Shown in pieces: positions 31,301-42,225 of a stretch of 58,117 bases of DNA. The stretch is from IMG/VR virus record IMGVR_UViG_3300032271_000996, positions 1 to 58,117 of that record; one strand, given 5' to 3'. The notes under the pieces were generated by a model. It did not search any database, was not told the origin of the DNA, and was given only the letters and a program-made list of their open reading frames with translations. The stretch comes from a virus. Lineage: Duplodnaviria > Caudoviricetes. Positions within the stretch are counted from its first letter, which is position 1; every line of letters begins with the position of its first letter. A program made the position numbers and the translations under genes.

Positions 31301-34300
31301 CACTCAAATATTGATAGATAAAGTTTCTTGTGTTAGGTATTACTCCTGTAGACAAAGCAAACCCTCTTCTGTTCAATTGAAGTGGTCGGGTGTTGGTGTC
31401 ATAGTCGGGAATACCCAACCAGGTTGCCTGGTCAGTGGTATAGGTAATTGTAATAATCCCCTCAGTTCCAACTCCAGATGTAGACCCCTGCGAATTACCA
31501 GAAAAACAGCAATCAGTTCCAGTTGGAGAAGGCCCCTTGGGTGGTTCAACAAAATGGATAGTATTGTCAACGATATTGTAATCACCTTGTATTTTATAAA
31601 CAGAAGAATTTATTGCGTGAGTTGCAATACCAGTCCCAACCCATCCCCGATTAACTGATACGCTATTAGTTGAGGCAACACCAACAGAGATTACTTTTAC
31701 GATTTCATCGTCAATTTTAGCATAATCTCCGCTAGAAAAATCACCAACGCTCATAAATGAAATTGTTGTAGATCCTATTCCAACATAAGAGGTAGTCCGA
31801 GTTGATGTAGCCGTTGCCACAATTGGCGCCTGAATAATACCACCTAGAGAAATAATTGCTTTAGTATTTTGGATAGTTGATTTTAGTATATGTGTACTAC
31901 CTGTACCAACAGAAGAGAGAGTAAGTGGTACTGGTTTTCCTTTAATTGCATTTTCAGCAGTATCCGCAAATCCAATGTCAGTTTCGCTATATTTAATGAC
32001 ATACAGTGTTGATGGTAATTTATTCGTTAAACCAATTCCACTGATATTTGTTGTTTGGATTCCAATTGGAGAGCCGGTATATGAATATGAAACTTTTTCG
32101 CCGTTTGTGAAATAATGATTTGGTATTTTTATAATATTATTATTAACATCAACTACAGATTGACTGCTACCATCAAAGTTTCTAAGAAAAATATTTTTAT
32201 TACTACTGGTTAAATTAAATTGACGAGCAATTCCATCAAAATTTGAACTAATATCATCAATAACTAGAACCCTATTGCCAACTGCTTGTGAGTAGTTTTG
32301 CAATATCCTGTTTGTAAAATAAATTTGATTTGAGGCAATATTGGAGCCTATTTTATAGTTATTCTCTGTACCCAAATCGTAGTCATCAATAGCATTTAAA
32401 TCAACTTCGGAGATGATGAATAGATTTGCATCAGAAAGACCAATATTCTGGTCGGTATCAATACTACTAGACACTTCAGACTCAAGGATAAAATCTGCAA
32501 ATTTTTTGAAACCAGCAGTGTGAGTTAGACTACTTACGGGATTATTCCAAGTTTCGTAATCAATTTTAGATTTAAGGGAATATGCAAAGGCTTGATAATA
32601 ATTACTATCTTGTATTCTTTGAAACTCATTGTCAAAAAATCCCTTTTCAGTATTCCATCCTTTTTTTACAATAGATGAAGATTTTATTTCATACTCAGAT
32701 TTAAATTCATAAACTTTATCCACTGTTCCTTGTGACAGAGAATCGGTTCCTAGAACTACTATTCCTGAGCTAAACTCATCTGCGGTTGATAAAGTTAAAA
32801 GTTCATTTTGTTCATTCCAAAATTGAACTTTTCCAATAAGATTTCCCGATGTAACAATTTCATCTCGTAGGAAAGAATTTTTAGTCAATTCAATCGTAAA
32901 TTGTGGAAAAAACTTTTCGGGGATTACTGAACCCGATGATACTGCGGTATTAAAGATACCTGGGTATTCTCCATAGTTTAACTTATCGGATAAATTATAG
33001 GTTATAGTCCCATTAGCACCGCCTATATTTGGAGAGATTTGCTTAATTTCAAATCTTGAATAATCATATGAAGACGAGTTATAACCTTTAGCGGTAGGAT
33101 CTGTATAGATTGAAACATTTTCAATCAATACTTTATCGCCAACAATAAAGGGAAAATCTAATGGGTTACTATAACTTTGCGCTAAAAATAAAGTTACATC
33201 TTTAGTAATATTATTGAATGTAATTGAATTTATTCCGATAGCATTTGAATTATTGGTTGGAATAATTATTGGTTGAACGTTATTGATACCCTTGCTATTC
33301 TTAAAAATTGTAACGATACTATCACCAAGAGTGTACCTCAAATCAACATCAGTGACTCTCTTTAATGTTAGACCATCCAATAATACTAAAAATGGAGCTG
33401 TATTATAGTTCTTACCTGGTGCGGAAATGACAACGCTTTTGAGTGTTGTTTGTGGAACTACTTTTAAAACTATGGGCGTCTGCGTTATTGGGGTTAATGT
33501 TAAATCTGCTGGATAATCATAGCCAATATCATTAATGTTTACATTGTTTATTCTACCAATAGATTTGCTAAAAACTTCAAATATGGCATTTGAACCATTA
33601 TCTGAAATAACTGAACCAATTCCAGGAAGAGTTTTATAACCACTTCCGCCGGAAGTGACTACAATTCGATCAATAGGGCCACTTGCACTATTTGAATTAG
33701 TTGTATATTTTATGTTATTGATATAAATAGATTGTTCGGGAATAGATGCTAGGGTATAATTAAATGAAGTTGAACCAATACCACTAACAATATGTTCACC
33801 TGAATATGTGCTTTCAACGAAAATAATTTTGTTGAAATTTGTAATATTCTCTTTATCGTTGTAGACAATTTTATCTGAATTTGGAATTAAATTGTAATAC
33901 AGTTCATTTGGCAAATTATTGTCATATCTAATGGTAACGTTAGCCGTTGAGTCTATACCGATTTTTCCAGCTTTAATAACATTAAAATTGCTATCGCTAT
34001 AAGTTGTGTAGAATTTATTGAAAAATTGTTTATCGGTAAATATATCAAAATTAAAAGATGATATTCTTTCAAATCCATTAAAATCAGAAAGGCTTGAATC
34101 TGATAAGTCAAATATTATTGAATTACTGTTTAAAACATTAATGCTAGGATTGATTTCTGAAAATGCTCCGGCTGAGGTCCCAGTTAATTCTACAATTTCA
34201 TTACCTACCACTGAACCATAGTAAGAATTGCTTAATCCAATTTTATCTGAATTTATTACAATTGCATAATAAATACCATTATTCTCTAGACCCATTGTTG

Positions 34301-37300
34301 GATTGCTTGAGGTGTGAATGATTTTTTTGCCGTTATAGTAACCGTGATTTTTTAACGTAATAAAATTTCCAAAAACATCTGATGTGGTAAAGGTTCTAGG
34401 GTTAAGTAGAAGCCTCTGAGTTTCTTTGTTATATGCAACCTTAATAACTTGACTATCTGATGGTAAAACTGATACAGTAACACTATCTCCAGCGGATAAT
34501 TCCGAAAAATAATCCGTAAAAACTGATACTAGATTTTTATTAACCTGTCCAATAGTTGAGTCGTATGTAGTAATAAGACTATGCTTATATCCTGAACCGC
34601 TTGTGTTGTAATATAAAATTTTAGCAGCACTTGTGGTATTATAGCCTACAAAATTGCCAGTTGAACCTATACCAACCTTTTGAGTTGAAAGTCCAACAAA
34701 ATCACCCGAAAATGATACAACATAGACTGATGTATTATCGTTTAATGTAGTTGTAGTAATTCCATTTGTTACGCTAAATGATGAACCACCATTACTCTTG
34801 TAGATCAACTTATCGCCAGTGGTTAAACCGTGTTCGGGAATATAAATTGATTTTGTCGGAACATATACACTCGTTGGGCCAATACCCGGATTGGAAAAAA
34901 CTATGGTATTACCATATCCAATACCTACCGATTCTGACGGATTAAAATATATTTCCCTATTAAAAGTAGAATTAGTGAAATTCTGCTTTCCTGATGGAAT
35001 AAAGAATTTTCTAGGAATTTCTTTAATTGGGGTTCCAACGTCGTGTGTAGTTCCAACTGAACCGCCATACTCTCTCTCAACTCTTAGTCTTGAAGATTTT
35101 TTGTCAACATTTAAGACTCTTACCTTTTCACTGTTTATTTGAAAAATATCATTTTCTCTAACATAGGGGAAGTTAAAATTTCCGTATAAATTGATATAAG
35201 TGATATTTCCGGTTGCAGTTGGGTCCCCTATGCTAGTATTTAAAGTGTAGACTTGAGGAATAACTGAGGCATTGAAAGAATTTTGCAAATATGATTTATT
35301 ATGAAATAAATTTGAGATGCTTACGTTGTCTTTATCTTCAATAGAATGTGGAATTTTACAATAACCTATAATGCCAAATTCAGAACTTGGAGTAAATTCA
35401 ACATCATAGAAAGATGTTGAGGCGATGCTAATTGAAGATACTGGCTTTCCAGATATTGAGGCAACTTCAGCAGTTGCATTTATACCACCAGAAATATCAC
35501 TATTGAATACTAATTTGTCTGCAATTTTATAATTAACACCGCCACTGGAAACAATAACTCTTTCAATTGAACCTGGAAGGGTACTAGTTACAGTTGAGGA
35601 TTGTTCGTATTGATTAAAAGGTTGAATTAAATATTTGTAAAAACTATTTTCCGAGTTGAAAGCAAATGGAGTTATATTTCTCAACCATCCTGTATCATTT
35701 AAATCAATTATATCTTGATTTGAGGCATAACTAAAATTGAAATCTATAATTTTTGAATGATATGTATTTCCAATAAAGTATGGAAATACCGGCTTAAAGT
35801 AATTAGCAAATGCACCTGTAGTTTCGTATCCATTTTTTGAAACTGTTGCAAAATAAGCATAAGTTCCATTTGGGAATTCAGGAGTTACACAATAGCGACC
35901 ATTATGCTCGTCTAAATCTCCGGTATTTGTAAATTGATAATCTTCAACAAAAAATCCTTGAGGATATAAAGTTAAATTGGGCCTATAGCTAGAAAGAGCG
36001 ATTTTATATGAACTTTCTACAATTTTTATCTTACCTCCATTTTGAGCCTCATAGCCATATGGACCATAAATCGGATTTCCATCATATGCCCACCCTAGAA
36101 TAGGTGAATGTGAATCAGAAATCTTTTCTTTGTTATTAACAAGTTGTAAATCCGGCTGATAAGTTAAATTACCGGAAACATATTTGGAGGCGGATAAAAT
36201 TTTCCTTAACTTTCTTGGGGCATAACCGTGGACATATTGTAAACCATATTCAGAATTTATACTCTTAGTGATGATACCATCGTCATCTACAATTTTATTT
36301 GTTTGTATTAAACGTTCAATATTATTAATCGTCCATCTTTTCATATTAGCTCTAAGTTGAGCATCCGTGCCGGATGAAATGACATTCAGATATGTATTCC
36401 TAGAATCATAACCATAGCCAGAGTTAATAATTTTTACTTCTTTTAACTCACCATTTTTTACAATAGGGGTCAACTTAACCCCAGTACCAGTACCAGAAAC
36501 GCTAATAATTGGGGGTGCATTATAACCAGAGCCGGAATTTATTACAAGAACTTGAGTTATTTTTCCGTCAATTATAATTGGCTGTACTTGTGCAGACTCT
36601 CCACTATTAATCTTGATAGATGGTTGTCTATTATAATTCAGTATATCTTCCTGGCCATATTTTTGACCACCATTTTCAATTGAAACAGAGGTTATTTCCC
36701 CCCTGAAAATTGGTTGAATTTCTGCTGAAAAATAAGAACCAGTATTAGTTCCAACTCCAGAAATTCCATCAATAGTTACAACAATTGGCTCATAATTGAA
36801 ATAATGAGTACCACTGCCCGAATCTGTAAGAGTTACAAATTGACCAGTTTTAAAATTATAATCTGGGGTAGTTGCTGCAACTTCAGATAGTTTAAAGCTA
36901 TTTTCATTTAGAGGAGTAACATAGTAACTTTCAGTTGTGGTTATACCTGAAATTGGAATATTAGTATAATCTTGATAAACAATCAATTCACCACTCTTAA
37001 ATCCGTGGCCAACCTTGTTGATTATATTTGTTTCGGTACTAATTCCAGATGAATCAATTGAAACTTTGTGATTTACATAACCAGTTCCATAATTAATTAC
37101 ATTAACGGAAGAAACTCGTGTCTTTGCATCTGCCGAAACGATTCTATGAATTGCTATTCCACTTGGGGTTAAGGTAATAGTATTGATACCAGAGATTGCA
37201 TCACTATACGTCTTATGAAGCTTAAGTTGCAGAGAATCTACGGTATATGTAAAGTATTGTGAATCGGTTGTTATTCCACTAACTTTAGACTTTCCATCAG

Positions 37301-39698
37301 GCTTGAATAATACTTTTTCTGCATTATTAAATCCGTGAAATGTAGAGAAACCAATAGTATTATTTACGATTGATGTTGAATCAAAACTAGAGGAATGTTC
37401 AAAAAGGCTAATCTCAGCCCTGGCTTTAGCATTTTTACCATTACCACCCGAAATTGTAATGGAAGGCTCAGATGTATAATTAAGTCCAGGATTTACAATT
37501 CTAATTTCTTTAAGTTTCCCTATTACTTCACAATTAGCCCGAGCATTAATTCCAGTTTCGTCTGTTATTTCAATTACAGGAGGATTAATAACATCATAGT
37601 CACTTCCTGGAGAAATTACAACAATAGAGTCTATAGGGCCATAAAAAACAGCATCTTGTGACTTGTAATTCAAAATCTCTACGCCATTATTCAGAATACC
37701 AGTATTTCCAATAGGTGTTTGCGCTGGTTCTGTTGCTGAAACTGATTGAGAAATTTTTCTAAGAAGCTTTTGGTGATTTAATGTCTTGCCCGAAAAATCA
37801 TTATAAGATAAAGTGTTATTTGTTACAGTACCAAAAAGACTAATAAAATTTCCAGCCTTTAAATTTGTTCTACTTGTTGCAAGAGATAAAGAATCCTTTG
37901 TAACTTTCTTTATGTAATAAATTCCTTTTGCAATTCCTAGATTGCTGCTTGAATAATCATAAACTACTACATCCCCGCTAATAAAACCGTGATTTGTATA
38001 ATTTATTACTGTGCCACTAAAAGAACCATTTAAAGAAATTTCTCTAGCTGATGCAGCTAATGGTTCCTGAAAGTAAACAGGAAGTGATGGTGATGCAACA
38101 TAATAGTTTTCAGTTGAATCCACATAAACATTTTGAATATTTGCTGAATAGTTACTAACATCTGCAAAATTGGAAGAGTTTGCTCTTGCAACTTGATTTT
38201 CAATATAATCAATATTTGAGAATACTAGTTGCCCCTGACCTTGAACGACAAATGTTGTAAAATTTACCTTTGAATATATTGTGGTGCTTATAACAGTTCC
38301 ATTTTTATAATAAATTTTGATCGCATCGCCAACATTGAGGAAATTATTATCAATAGTTTTGATTTCATATTGACTCGTTAAAGAATCTAATAGCTGTACT
38401 GATTCTAAATTATAACAATTTGGAATATTATAGAACCAATTCTTTGAACGAATGTCGGTGCTAGATTTACCCAGTGATTTGGGGCGAATAATATCATCTA
38501 CGTTCAGATGATATGCCTCATCAATCTCTTTAAATTCACCAATAACTCCTGTTACCCGAACGCTAACTGTATTCGTGGCATTTTGATCAACGTAACCGTA
38601 AGCAAAGGCATTTACGGCAACAGTATCGCCAGAATTAAGGTTAAATGTAACACCTGAGCAACCAAAAAATTGATTAATGGATTTTGATGTATATGTTAAA
38701 ATTGAATTATCACTTAAAAGTAAAGAACCAGATTTAGGAAAACCTACAGTAGAATCTACATCTAAAGTTTTAGCCCCAACTGGAGCAAAACTTGTTAGTT
38801 GAGTCTTTGGATGAATTGAAAATTCTCCAAAATGGCTGTTATTTCTATTAAAATCATAATCTAGACTAATAACATAATAAGTTTTTTCTCCACGATAAAT
38901 TTTCTCTACTTTGCTAATTGCACCAGTGGCTTTGGAGTAATTTTCGGTTTCATCTTGAAAAAGAGTCCTATTTTCTAATAGTAATGGGTCCCCGAAAATG
39001 GACTCAACAACTAAATCTTTTGATACTCTATATTCTGCATCAGACGGTGTGAAAAGATAGTCTCTGGGCTTTATTACTGATACTGGTTCACCATAAAGAG
39101 CACCAAAAAGAATTTCAAATGCTCTATCTGTTCCTTTGGTTGCATAGAAATCCTTTGACTTTTCTATAAAAGTAGTCTGATTTAGGGTATCTGTAAATTC
39201 TCTGCCTTCAAATCCTGGAATCAGTTGCTTTTTTAGCTTTTCTAGAAATCTATTAAGAAAAATAACACTAAGGTTTTCAACAACAGAATTTGCGGAATGA
39301 CTGGCAGATTCTGATGTTGAAAATTCTAATTCGTAATTGGATGTACCACAAAAACCTCTGACGCAATTATTGAATGTGGTATCGGTTTTATTGGTATATG
39401 TTATAATTTCCGAATCTATTTTCAATAAGCCATAAGAATCTGGAAATCCTTTCGTTGATGTTACATTTATTTCTGTATCGGAAAAAGAAATGCCAGTAGA
39501 TAAGACAGTTGATTGTATATTTTTTGTTAGACTTTCTAGTTTGGTGTAGCTATCAATATTTGAGATTAAATCAAATGGCCCGCCCGCATACTCCCCGGAA
39601 ACAAAGTATTGCCGTATAAATTCCACCAATAGAGGTGATTCTTCTCTTAGAAAAGAAGGAATTTGACTTTCAACGATAGAACTTATTTTGACTTTCAT
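28365..39698 (-). CDS. g7: Baseplate wedge initiator gp7-like giant protein
   Basis: 3777 aa between gp6 and gp8; DFYATKGT, HSPILGWAYDGNPIYGPYGY, DLDEHNGRYCVTPEFPNGTYAYF, IQDSNYYQAFAY. Confidence 0.85.
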   Translation of the reverse strand: MKVKISSIVESQIPSFLREESPLLVEFIRQYFVSGEYAGGPFDLISNIDSYTKLESLTKNIQSTVLSTGISFSDTEINVTSTKGFPDSYGLLKIDSEIITYTNKTDTTFNNCVRGFCGTSNYELEFSTSESASHSANSVVENLSVIFLNRFLEKLKKQLIPGFEGREFTDTLNQTTFIEKSKDFYATKGTDRAFEILFGALYGEPVSVIKPRDYLFTPSDAEYRVSKDLVVESIFGDPLLLENRTLFQDETENYSKATGAISKVEKIYRGEKTYYVISLDYDFNRNNSHFGEFSIHPKTQLTSFAPVGAKTLDVDSTVGFPKSGSLLLSDNSILTYTSKSINQFFGCSGVTFNLNSGDTVAVNAFAYGYVDQNATNTVSVRVTGVIGEFKEIDEAYHLNVDDIIRPKSLGKSSTDIRSKNWFYNIPNCYNLESVQLLDSLTSQYEIKTIDNNFLNVGDAIKIYYKNGTVISTTIYSKVNFTTFVVQGQGQLVFSNIDYIENQVARANSSNFADVSNYSANIQNVYVDSTENYYVASPSLPVYFQEPLAASAREISLNGSFSGTVINYTNHGFISGDVVVYDYSSSNLGIAKGIYYIKKVTKDSLSLATSRTNLKAGNFISLFGTVTNNTLSYNDFSGKTLNHQKLLRKISQSVSATEPAQTPIGNTGILNNGVEILNYKSQDAVFYGPIDSIVVISPGSDYDVINPPVIEITDETGINARANCEVIGKLKEIRIVNPGLNYTSEPSITISGGNGKNAKARAEISLFEHSSSFDSTSIVNNTIGFSTFHGFNNAEKVLFKPDGKSKVSGITTDSQYFTYTVDSLQLKLHKTYSDAISGINTITLTPSGIAIHRIVSADAKTRVSSVNVINYGTGYVNHKVSIDSSGISTETNIINKVGHGFKSGELIVYQDYTNIPISGITTTESYYVTPLNENSFKLSEVAATTPDYNFKTGQFVTLTDSGSGTHYFNYEPIVVTIDGISGVGTNTGSYFSAEIQPIFRGEITSVSIENGGQKYGQEDILNYNRQPSIKINSGESAQVQPIIIDGKITQVLVINSGSGYNAPPIISVSGTGTGVKLTPIVKNGELKEVKIINSGYGYDSRNTYLNVISSGTDAQLRANMKRWTINNIERLIQTNKIVDDDGIITKSINSEYGLQYVHGYAPRKLRKILSASKYVSGNLTYQPDLQLVNNKEKISDSHSPILGWAYDGNPIYGPYGYEAQNGGKIKIVESSYKIALSSYRPNLTLYPQGFFVEDYQFTNTGDLDEHNGRYCVTPEFPNGTYAYFATVSKNGYETTGAFANYFKPVFPYFIGNTYHSKIIDFNFSYASNQDIIDLNDTGWLRNITPFAFNSENSFYKYLIQPFNQYEQSSTVTSTLPGSIERVIVSSGGVNYKIADKLVFNSDISGGINATAEVASISGKPVSSISIASTSFYDVEFTPSSEFGIIGYCKIPHSIEDKDNVSISNLFHNKSYLQNSFNASVIPQVYTLNTSIGDPTATGNITYINLYGNFNFPYVRENDIFQINSEKVRVLNVDKKSSRLRVEREYGGSVGTTHDVGTPIKEIPRKFFIPSGKQNFTNSTFNREIYFNPSESVGIGYGNTIVFSNPGIGPTSVYVPTKSIYIPEHGLTTGDKLIYKSNGGSSFSVTNGITTTTLNDNTSVYVVSFSGDFVGLSTQKVGIGSTGNFVGYNTTSAAKILYYNTSGSGYKHSLITTYDSTIGQVNKNLVSVFTDYFSELSAGDSVTVSVLPSDSQVIKVAYNKETQRLLLNPRTFTTSDVFGNFITLKNHGYYNGKKIIHTSSNPTMGLENNGIYYAIVINSDKIGLSNSYYGSVVGNEIVELTGTSAGAFSEINPSINVLNSNSIIFDLSDSSLSDFNGFERISSFNFDIFTDKQFFNKFYTTYSDSNFNVIKAGKIGIDSTANVTIRYDNNLPNELYYNLIPNSDKIVYNDKENITNFNKIIFVESTYSGEHIVSGIGSTSFNYTLASIPEQSIYINNIKYTTNSNSASGPIDRIVVTSGGSGYKTLPGIGSVISDNGSNAIFEVFSKSIGRINNVNINDIGYDYPADLTLTPITQTPIVLKVVPQTTLKSVVISAPGKNYNTAPFLVLLDGLTLKRVTDVDLRYTLGDSIVTIFKNSKGINNVQPIIIPTNNSNAIGINSITFNNITKDVTLFLAQSYSNPLDFPFIVGDKVLIENVSIYTDPTAKGYNSSSYDYSRFEIKQISPNIGGANGTITYNLSDKLNYGEYPGIFNTAVSSGSVIPEKFFPQFTIELTKNSFLRDEIVTSGNLIGKVQFWNEQNELLTLSTADEFSSGIVVLGTDSLSQGTVDKVYEFKSEYEIKSSSIVKKGWNTEKGFFDNEFQRIQDSNYYQAFAYSLKSKIDYETWNNPVSSLTHTAGFKKFADFILESEVSSSIDTDQNIGLSDANLFIISEVDLNAIDDYDLGTENNYKIGSNIASNQIYFTNRILQNYSQAVGNRVLVIDDISSNFDGIARQFNLTSSNKNIFLRNFDGSSQSVVDVNNNIIKIPNHYFTNGEKVSYSYTGSPIGIQTTNISGIGLTNKLPSTLYVIKYSETDIGFADTAENAIKGKPVPLTLSSVGTGSTHILKSTIQNTKAIISLGGIIQAPIVATATSTRTTSYVGIGSTTISFMSVGDFSSGDYAKIDDEIVKVISVGVASTNSVSVNRGWVGTGIATHAINSSVYKIQGDYNIVDNTIHFVEPPKGPSPTGTDCCFSGNSQGSTSGVGTEGIITITYTTDQATWLGIPDYDTNTRPLQLNRRGFALSTGVIPNTRNFIYQYLSGNYAPAGNLIPVGQTGRTGSLGPNEQRFDYYFEAATSIITGPPQINQWVNNLDLSFGSFYLDGSLDFCGPANAVGILSASSVGQAQYIDESNSGINWAGNQNSLTSNIYNIVFGASGRTGTLQYTAFSNINNGNIGQGDRTENSGGTITITVNPSNMNITSPGVVNQPVEDFIGITTTLNFNGRVFMRNGIKNTINDAYYTNFVFDDISSGFNGISSTFTLKNNSQNITGIATNTGAILINEVFQEPSELTGFNRAYNSYTISQTAGISSIRFLGAPATQSNDVNGSGLPVGGVIVSIGYTQGFGLQPLVSAGGTANVSLAGTITSISVNNSGSGYRVGLQTVNVKVYSPTSGLSTFQNVGVASVLNGRVVSVNLTNPGAGFTFTNPPTVKFDSPLPYANIPLLSSGIGTGAKINLTVGIASSVIDVEMIQRGFGYRKGDVLTLATGGTVGIPTVLSPSYSEFKILVDEIYNNKFSGWTFGELQLIDSIESLFDGIRRSFPIKIDNELRSIRTTYGSLIDINTTLLIFVNGILQNPGESYSVTGSSFITFTEPPKETCSCTILFYRGSGTTDVIDVDVLETIKPGDLVRLDDDFGYAETDRLVSSVTSSDSVNTITYTGAGISEDVSYVRPVRWRKQTEDLFINQAEVTKNRVIYEEIIEPTTKIIKNVGINTTVLFVENVKTIFDDERENTIQNYRNELRIITQDDVRVAIATVTVSNSGSINSVTINDGGKGYVTPPAISFPIPVGLTTASRAYATATVTTGSISSIVINTPGVGYTFTSPPQVMIESPKNNFQDVTASKYEGDFGLISGIGKTSVGIASTALVFDLYIPEDSFLRNSNIVGSAITISGIQTGYYFVVKNSYIGSGNKSLDENGNLISNSTTYIDNVYRVAAVSIASTYVSGIGTTSIVKVITSVDNNNVSGIGVTNFYGTYSWGRITIPNGISSGQFSIYNNGISGINTSPAVKRINPLKYKNYT

Positions 39699-39700
39699 TT

Positions 39701-41611
39701 TTATCTGGTTAGATTTCCATTGAGATAGCTTGAGGACATAATGTAGGTTGAACCTGATATATCACTACCAGAAGAAATATCATCTGATACCATATTAACC
39801 GTTGAATAATTTAGGTCCATTTGTAGATATAAATCTTGTAAACCTATCACATCATTTGATTTTGGAATAACGGAAATTTCAACTATATTTTGAACTCCAT
39901 TTTTCTTAACCGTTGATAAAATATTTATTGAACTTATTTTAATCTCTCCGGTGGAATAATTAATGGTTCCAACATTATTACGAATGATTGTTGGAGTATC
40001 TTTATTGGTAAACAAAAATAGAGAACCAGTATATTCGTCAAATGGCTTATCTGATAAGTAAACTGTATCAGCTATTCCACTAACAGTGAACCCAGATGAC
40101 TTTATATTGTAGCCATTAATATTTTTAATATGAAATGGGTTTCCAAAACAGGATTCATAATTGACAAAAGTGTTTAGAATTACTCCGATGTCGCGTCTTA
40201 GTTGAACTTTTGTTATATTAGATGTAATGGCAGCGTGACTATCATCAATTAATTTTTGTAATCTGCTATATTTAAATCTGGCACCAAAACTATTAAGATC
40301 GTAAGAACTTGAATAGTTTTGAATGTTTTTAGTTACAATATTCTTAATATATTCTGGAGATGAGGCTAAATTTGGATTGTAATATACATCACTGAATATT
40401 TCAATATAGAGATATTTTAAATCAATAATTTCTGGAACTATTCCACTTACCGCATAACGCTTTAGTTTATTTTTAAGATTATCTTTAATGCTATTTGGTA
40501 CAAAATTACCATAAAATGGCTTAATTGTAATGAATACTTTACCATATTGAGGTGGTGATAGAGTTTCCCCGCCATATGCAGTTACACTTTCTGCTTCTGG
40601 ATAGATTCTCGGAATGATAGATTCATAATCTTCAGGTGTTACACATCTACCTTGAGCTGCATAGTTCTTGGGGGCAAGATTTTTGATTGAATTTATAGAT
40701 TCAATTTCCTTTCCACCACTAGATGCAATATTGGTTGTAATTACAGAAACACCAGATGTTACTGAATTATTGTTATTATCTACAAGTCTTCCAATAAACG
40801 AAAAAGAAGAAACACCATTAGCAGCAAAATCATTAGTTGTAACATAAGAAACCTCAATGTAATTTTGATTTTGTAGATTAACACCAAAGATTCCGTCACC
40901 AAAAATTAGTTCATATCTTTGGTCTTCAATTTCTTGAATGAAGAATATTTTGGATGTTGGATTTACATTGAAAAGATTATCAGCAAATGTGAACTTATTT
41001 GAATTTGATTCATTTGCACTCTTTCTTACGGTTACTCTAATTGTTGAAGTATCAATCTTTGGATTGTCTAAAATATATCTTTGCGGTGGAGCTGGATTTA
41101 ATGATTGTACTGTAAATGTATCAACTACAAATGATCCCTCAATTACATCAATAGAATCAAAAAGGGCAATATTATTAACAACTGGTACTGTTATATCGTT
41201 AGCAATGGAAAAAGTATAAGATTCATTTCCAAAGGCTAATGAAGAGCACACAAGGCCCTTTTTAAGAGTCAATGAAACTGGATTGCTTGAAAAAGAAGAC
41301 GTATCAATAAAAAATGAGATATTAGCCCTTGCTGCTGTAGAACTTCTTGGTAAGTAGCCAATTTCTCTTGCTGCTGATACTACATTTTCTCTTAATGTCG
41401 CACTATCAAGAAATACTTCATTAGAAATCATATTTCCAATGAAGGCATTAGTATAGGTATTATAGGCAAGAACGTCTATAATTACCGATAGATTTGAGCC
41501 TTCAAAATCATAATCGGTAAAGTTTGAATTAGACCTTAGATACTCCTTTAGAGAAGTTCTTATCTGGTCGTAATCTAATGTTGTAAAATTGACTATGGGT
41601 GATGTAGCCAT
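39701..41611 (-). CDS. g6: Baseplate wedge subunit gp6
   Basis: FTDYDFEGSNLS, FLDSATLRENVVS, YELIFGDG, QGRCVTPEDY. Confidence 0.95.
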   Translation of the reverse strand: MATSPIVNFTTLDYDQIRTSLKEYLRSNSNFTDYDFEGSNLSVIIDVLAYNTYTNAFIGNMISNEVFLDSATLRENVVSAAREIGYLPRSSTAARANISFFIDTSSFSSNPVSLTLKKGLVCSSLAFGNESYTFSIANDITVPVVNNIALFDSIDVIEGSFVVDTFTVQSLNPAPPQRYILDNPKIDTSTIRVTVRKSANESNSNKFTFADNLFNVNPTSKIFFIQEIEDQRYELIFGDGIFGVNLQNQNYIEVSYVTTNDFAANGVSSFSFIGRLVDNNNNSVTSGVSVITTNIASSGGKEIESINSIKNLAPKNYAAQGRCVTPEDYESIIPRIYPEAESVTAYGGETLSPPQYGKVFITIKPFYGNFVPNSIKDNLKNKLKRYAVSGIVPEIIDLKYLYIEIFSDVYYNPNLASSPEYIKNIVTKNIQNYSSSYDLNSFGARFKYSRLQKLIDDSHAAITSNITKVQLRRDIGVILNTFVNYESCFGNPFHIKNINGYNIKSSGFTVSGIADTVYLSDKPFDEYTGSLFLFTNKDTPTIIRNNVGTINYSTGEIKISSINILSTVKKNGVQNIVEISVIPKSNDVIGLQDLYLQMDLNYSTVNMVSDDISSGSDISGSTYIMSSSYLNGNLTR

Positions 41612-42012
41612 TAACGTGTCGGCTGAAGAGCAAAGGATAATTGTTGAGGTTGAGCATCAATTCCAATAATATTGTATCTTATGACAACATCGTAGGCATT
41701 TTCATCATAATTTGGATTTACTTCAACTGTTGATAAAAATACTCTGGGCTCATAGTTTCTTATTGTGTTCTCAATTTCACTCTGAATAATTGAGGCTGTT
41801 GAATCTGTTAAGTTTTCAAATAAACTTCTTGAGACGTTGCAGCCTAGATTACTTTGAAAAAACCTCTCACCCTGTAAAGTATAGACTAAATTACGAATAG
41901 AGCGAGATATTGCTGTTTCATTTTTTATTACAATAGTATCAAAAGTTAAAGGATTAACCTTAAAAGAAGAAGAAATGTCTTTGAAAGATTGACTTATTCG
42001 CTCTACTGCCAT
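41611..42012 (-). CDS. g25: Baseplate wedge protein gp25
   Basis: AISRSIRNLV..GERFF..LG, IRNYEPRV. Confidence 0.93.
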   Translation of the reverse strand: MAVERISQSFKDISSSFKVNPLTFDTIVIKNETAISRSIRNLVYTLQGERFFQSNLGCNVSRSLFENLTDSTASIIQSEIENTIRNYEPRVFLSTVEVNPNYDENAYDVVIRYNIIGIDAQPQQLSFALQPTR

Positions 42013-42041
42013 TATTATAAAGTAATCATTATATCTATTTA

Positions 42042-42167
42042 TTAGCCAAGAATAACTTTTTCTTTATCTTTAGTTTCCTTGCGTTCAAATAGCTCGGTTT
42101 CCTCTTCTAATGAAGATTCCATAAACTCTTCGCTATCCACTTCTCTGATTAGTTTTGCTTGTTCCAT
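42042..42167 (-). CDS. Small acidic hypothetical protein (41 aa)
   Basis: MEQAKLIREVDSEEF...VILG*, read manually, fills gap upstream of g25. Confidence 0.45.
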   Translation of the reverse strand: MEQAKLIREVDSEEFMESSLEEETELFERKETKDKEKVILG

Positions 42168-42225
42168 TGTATTATGGTATGAATGTTATTATTTATCTAA
42201 ATAATGTTACATTAACAGAAATAAA

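Noticed and set aside
443-37661. Numerous short plus-strand and alternate-frame ORFs in the ORF track overlapping structural genes
   Set aside because: Antisense or frame shadows of long conserved minus-strand genes, with no motifs or expression signals
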